DNA of 32,000 nt from the NCBI GenBank assembly GCA_021654395.1, contig AP024486.1:780001-812000 (forward strand), in the 5' to 3' direction. The position numbers and the translations under genes are program-made. The notes below the pieces were generated by a model that made no database searches, was not told where the DNA came from, and was given only the letters and a program-made list of their open reading frames with translations. Positions 29,246 through 32,000 of this stretch are shown here, piece by piece (position 1 is the first letter of the stretch; the number at the start of each line of letters is the position of its first letter). The DNA is from Candidatus Saccharimonadota bacterium. Lineage in GTDB: Archaea; Micrarchaeota; Micrarchaeia; Micrarchaeales; Micrarchaeaceae.

Positions 29246-31910
29246 TATAATAGTAAACTTGTGGAATAGGATCTGATGCTATCTGTGATACTGCACTCTG
29301 ATTCAATGCTGCATAGTATAGCTGAAGGTTTGATATGCTTCCATTAAATCCTCTGCCAACAATAATATTATTTATTAGGCCGCTTGATGAGCAGCTAGTC
29401 TGATTCTGGAGTAAGCCATTTATATATATTAAGCATACGCTACCACTATTTACAACTATTATATTATATAGATCTCTTGTATTCATCTTTAAACCATTAT
29501 AGTATATGTTTAACGCCTTACCATTTATATTTAGAGCTATGCTACCGTTATTCCAGTATGCTGTAAACATGCCTGGTAGATCTATAATCTGACACTCTGA
29601 GCTACATCCAAATGGATATATATCGAATGAAACGGTATAAGCGTTATGTATATCTGTAAGCATCCCCTCTGCTGGTATAGTTATATAATTGTTACTATTA
29701 AATACTGGAGCTAATACATCTGTATATCTGCTAGGAGATTGTATATAAGAGAAGTTAACATTAGATGTAACTACTGTTCTTGGGTTAAAATAATCCGAAG
29801 CATTACCATCAAGTAGATACCATGCAACTGCGCCATAACTGAGAGGGGCGTCTAATGGATTATTGTACAGATTATTCACCTGCAATGAATTTAATGATAC
29901 GTTATATATCTGCAAGTTAGTTATATATCCCTTCATATATTCTCCATTAAGCTGATCCGCACCTACAACTATATCTCCTGCGATATGCGTACCTACAAGA
30001 CTACTTACATCCCTGCCTATTGAGTTACATATATTAGTTATATTAGATAAGCTTCCATCTACATATAGAGACTGAAATGACTTATTTATATAATATGTAA
30101 TCATATACCATCTATTATATGAGTAGATCTGTGGTGTAGATGCAAGTATATATCTATTACCGTTATTAGGAACATAACCGTATATTATGCCATAAGTGTT
30201 ATTTGCCAATGATGTAGAGTAAGCATAAATAACAAACTGATTTGTGCTACCTGCTGAAAGTATTGGCTCTGAGTAGACATTACATATATACTTGTTAGAT
30301 AAAGCGCCTTTCGGTATATTAATCCAAAGATTAATAGTAAAGTAGTTAGAGTTAAACTTATTGTTAAAAAGGTTTATTATATTATATCCAGTATCTATAT
30401 AGTTAGAGCCCTTAAAGTCTGCAGCCAGTATAGGAGAGGTGTCTGTAGGTAGATTACTCCATATAGGATCAGTAAAGCTTCCATTAACATAGCCTGCTCT
30501 TAGATCATATACTATGCTTCCATAGCCCTCATCTAAAGGATACCAACCTGCAAGATAGTCGTATAGAGATTCATATGGAAAAGCATTAAGCACAAGCCTC
30601 TCATAAGATAGATTACCTCCAGTTATAGAAAGATTGTACTGATTTACTCCAGCTATAACAGATAGATTCTTAGAGCTACTATAGTTGAATGTACCATTTC
30701 CTATTACTCCATAATCTGTAAATAATGAGTTGTTGCTGCTATATCTAATTACTTCGATCTTCGCAAATGTTATATAGCTTAGTGAGCTCCCTGTGCCAGC
30801 AGATCCACTAATATAGTTTAAGAGGTTACCATCTAGATTAAACCAGTCTACAAGATTGCTACTAAACTGCTCATAAAATGGATTAAATGAAGGCCCATTA
30901 TTATATAATAGACTTATACTATTACCTGGTAGAGGTATATTGTATATCTGAATATCTGCTATATTACCATTATAGTTAGATGATGCATTGTATGTAAGTA
31001 GGTATAGCTGATTTCCTTTTGGTAATCTAAAGCCAGCTACTATACGTTGAGCTATTAGCTTTCCATTAAAGTAGAGATCTAATATACCGTTATTATAAAC
31101 TATCCCTATATTAGATAAGCTGCCGTATGGCTCATTAATAGTATATTGATAGCTTAGATCTCCGAATGTTAGATATAAGTTGTTGCCTTTTAGTATAACT
31201 AATGTCTGGCACTGCTGCGGATCATTAGCTACGCAGCTACTGCTATTAGATATAGTAATTAAAGGACCGTTATTATCTGGGCTTTGCAGTACCCAGAATG
31301 TTATTGAGAACTCTGTTGTTTGGTTAGTTATAGAGCTTAGTGGCTCTTCTATATATCCATTGTTAGATATATTTGCTAACCTTATTGCATAATTTATATA
31401 AGGTACTGCTGACGAGCTTGAATAGCTATTATACTGTAGCTGTAGATTATTTATATATAAAACCCCAAAGTGCTTCTCTATCCTTATAAAGCCAGATGAT
31501 GCATTTATGATATATAAGCCGTTGCTAAGCTCTTCAGTTGAGTTTATTATTATGCCTCTAACAGGCGCATCAGAGTAAGCAGTAATCTGATTGTTACCTA
31601 TATTTATAATACCCTCTATAAATCCATTCTTAGTTAAAGCTATTATTGGCTTATGACCATCTATCACATATAAAGGCATTTGTATATTTATATTTGAGTT
31701 AGATACTGCAGCAATATCTATATATGATGCTATAATATTAACATAAGACTGAAGAAGCTTAAGATCTCTATTTGCAACTATGCTGCTATCCTGTGCAGAT
31801 ATAAGTAAGAATATTATGGCGAATAGAGTTAGAGCTACCATAGATATTATAAAAAACTCCAAAGCTATCTGAAGTCTGAATGCCTTAAGCATAAGATCAT
31901 CAAGCAACAA
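29229..31910 (-). CDS. Large prepilin-like surface protein with three LamG/concanavalin-A-like lectin repeats (893 aa)
   Basis: N-terminus KAFRLQIALEFFIISMVALTLFAIIFLLI. There are three internal repeats (aa ~175-340, ~455-690, ~695-880). Each opens with W(F/Y)xLDG/E (DWFNLDGN, WYPLDEGYG, WYLLDGNASD). Each has a core like FSITFWV / FTINLWI / YTVSFDI. Each closes with GNIADIQIYNIPL / GYITNLQIYNVSL / GSISNLQLYYAAL, the hallmark ending of LamG_3-type domains. Confidence 0.8.
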   Translation of the reverse strand: MLLDDLMLKAFRLQIALEFFIISMVALTLFAIIFLLISAQDSSIVANRDLKLLQSYVNIIASYIDIAAVSNSNINIQMPLYVIDGHKPIIALTKNGFIEGIINIGNNQITAYSDAPVRGIIINSTEELSNGLYIINASSGFIRIEKHFGVLYINNLQLQYNSYSSSSAVPYINYAIRLANISNNGYIEEPLSSITNQTTEFSITFWVLQSPDNNGPLITISNSSSCVANDPQQCQTLVILKGNNLYLTFGDLSYQYTINEPYGSLSNIGIVYNNGILDLYFNGKLIAQRIVAGFRLPKGNQLYLLTYNASSNYNGNIADIQIYNIPLPGNSISLLYNNGPSFNPFYEQFSSNLVDWFNLDGNLLNYISGSAGTGSSLSYITFAKIEVIRYSSNNSLFTDYGVIGNGTFNYSSSKNLSVIAGVNQYNLSITGGNLSYERLVLNAFPYESLYDYLAGWYPLDEGYGSIVYDLRAGYVNGSFTDPIWSNLPTDTSPILAADFKGSNYIDTGYNIINLFNNKFNSNYFTINLWINIPKGALSNKYICNVYSEPILSAGSTNQFVIYAYSTSLANNTYGIIYGYVPNNGNRYILASTPQIYSYNRWYMITYYINKSFQSLYVDGSLSNITNICNSIGRDVSSLVGTHIAGDIVVGADQLNGEYMKGYITNLQIYNVSLNSLQVNNLYNNPLDAPLSYGAVAWYLLDGNASDYFNPRTVVTSNVNFSYIQSPSRYTDVLAPVFNSNNYITIPAEGMLTDIHNAYTVSFDIYPFGCSSECQIIDLPGMFTAYWNNGSIALNINGKALNIYYNGLKMNTRDLYNIIVVNSGSVCLIYINGLLQNQTSCSSSGLINNIIVGRGFNGSISNLQLYYAALNQSAVSQIASDPIPQVYYYNGDVD

Positions 31911-31957
31911 TTAATTATTTATAAATTGTTAAACAAAGTTTAAAATAAGATAGTATT

Positions 31958-32000
31958 ATGAAAAGGAGCACTTTACTGAGAATGCTAAAGAGAGAAGGAT
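31958..32000 (+). CDS. 5' end of an unidentified CDS leaving the right window edge (MKRSTLLRMLKREG...)
   Basis: ATG at 31958, open to the window end (14 codons). Divergent from the LamG operon. Too short to identify. Confidence 0.25.
   Translation, partial: MKRSTLLRMLKREG

Noticed and set aside
31958-32000. Identification of the truncated ORF MKRSTLLRMLKREG... as a HicA-like toxin
   Set aside because: The first about 14 residues loosely resemble HicA N-termini (MK..dl.k.L.k.G), but the fragment is far too short to support any family call. I kept it only as an unidentified partial CDS.

Overview
This is a visibly AT-rich, very compact archaeal chromosomal segment. Archaeal markers include ribosomal proteins L21e and S26e, RNA polymerase subunit Rpo4/F, the DUF655 protein, an AglH/MraY-type GlcNAc-1-P transferase, a GGPP-synthase-type prenyltransferase and a class II ribonucleotide reductase. 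I support about 30 protein genes and 2 tRNAs (Pro-UGG, Val-CAC). I recognised no rRNA, CRISPR array, integrase or transposase. Housekeeping genes (idsA-like, glmM-like, nth, thrC, mazG-like, nrdJ, sugar nucleotidyltransferase, GDPD, SDR, methyltransferase, hydrolases, APC permease) are interspersed with four accessory blocks. (1) Three paralogous surface proteins carry a QxSxEF/YL-TYGWA class III (type IV prepilin-like) signal peptide. Two of them have long Ser/Thr stalks and different C-terminal 'tips': PA14-like in one, Cys-rich with an apparent frame break in the other. (2) A translationally coupled four-gene operon (27368-31910, minus strand) encodes products that all have prepilin-like N-termini. 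It is led by an 893-aa protein with three LamG-type repeats. This is my best candidate for an undescribed pilus-tip/adhesion system. (3) A tRNA-Pro-adjacent, TTG-initiated two-gene cassette (11453-13245) encodes unrecognisable proteins, one with a poly-basic linker and a PD-(D/E)xK-like motif. (4) An isolated 391-aa orphan gene (17166-18341) has its own promoter-like element. The lineage guess (a small-genome DPANN-like or other non-euryarchaeal archaeon) is inference only. All domain calls rest on motifs read by eye, not on database searches.
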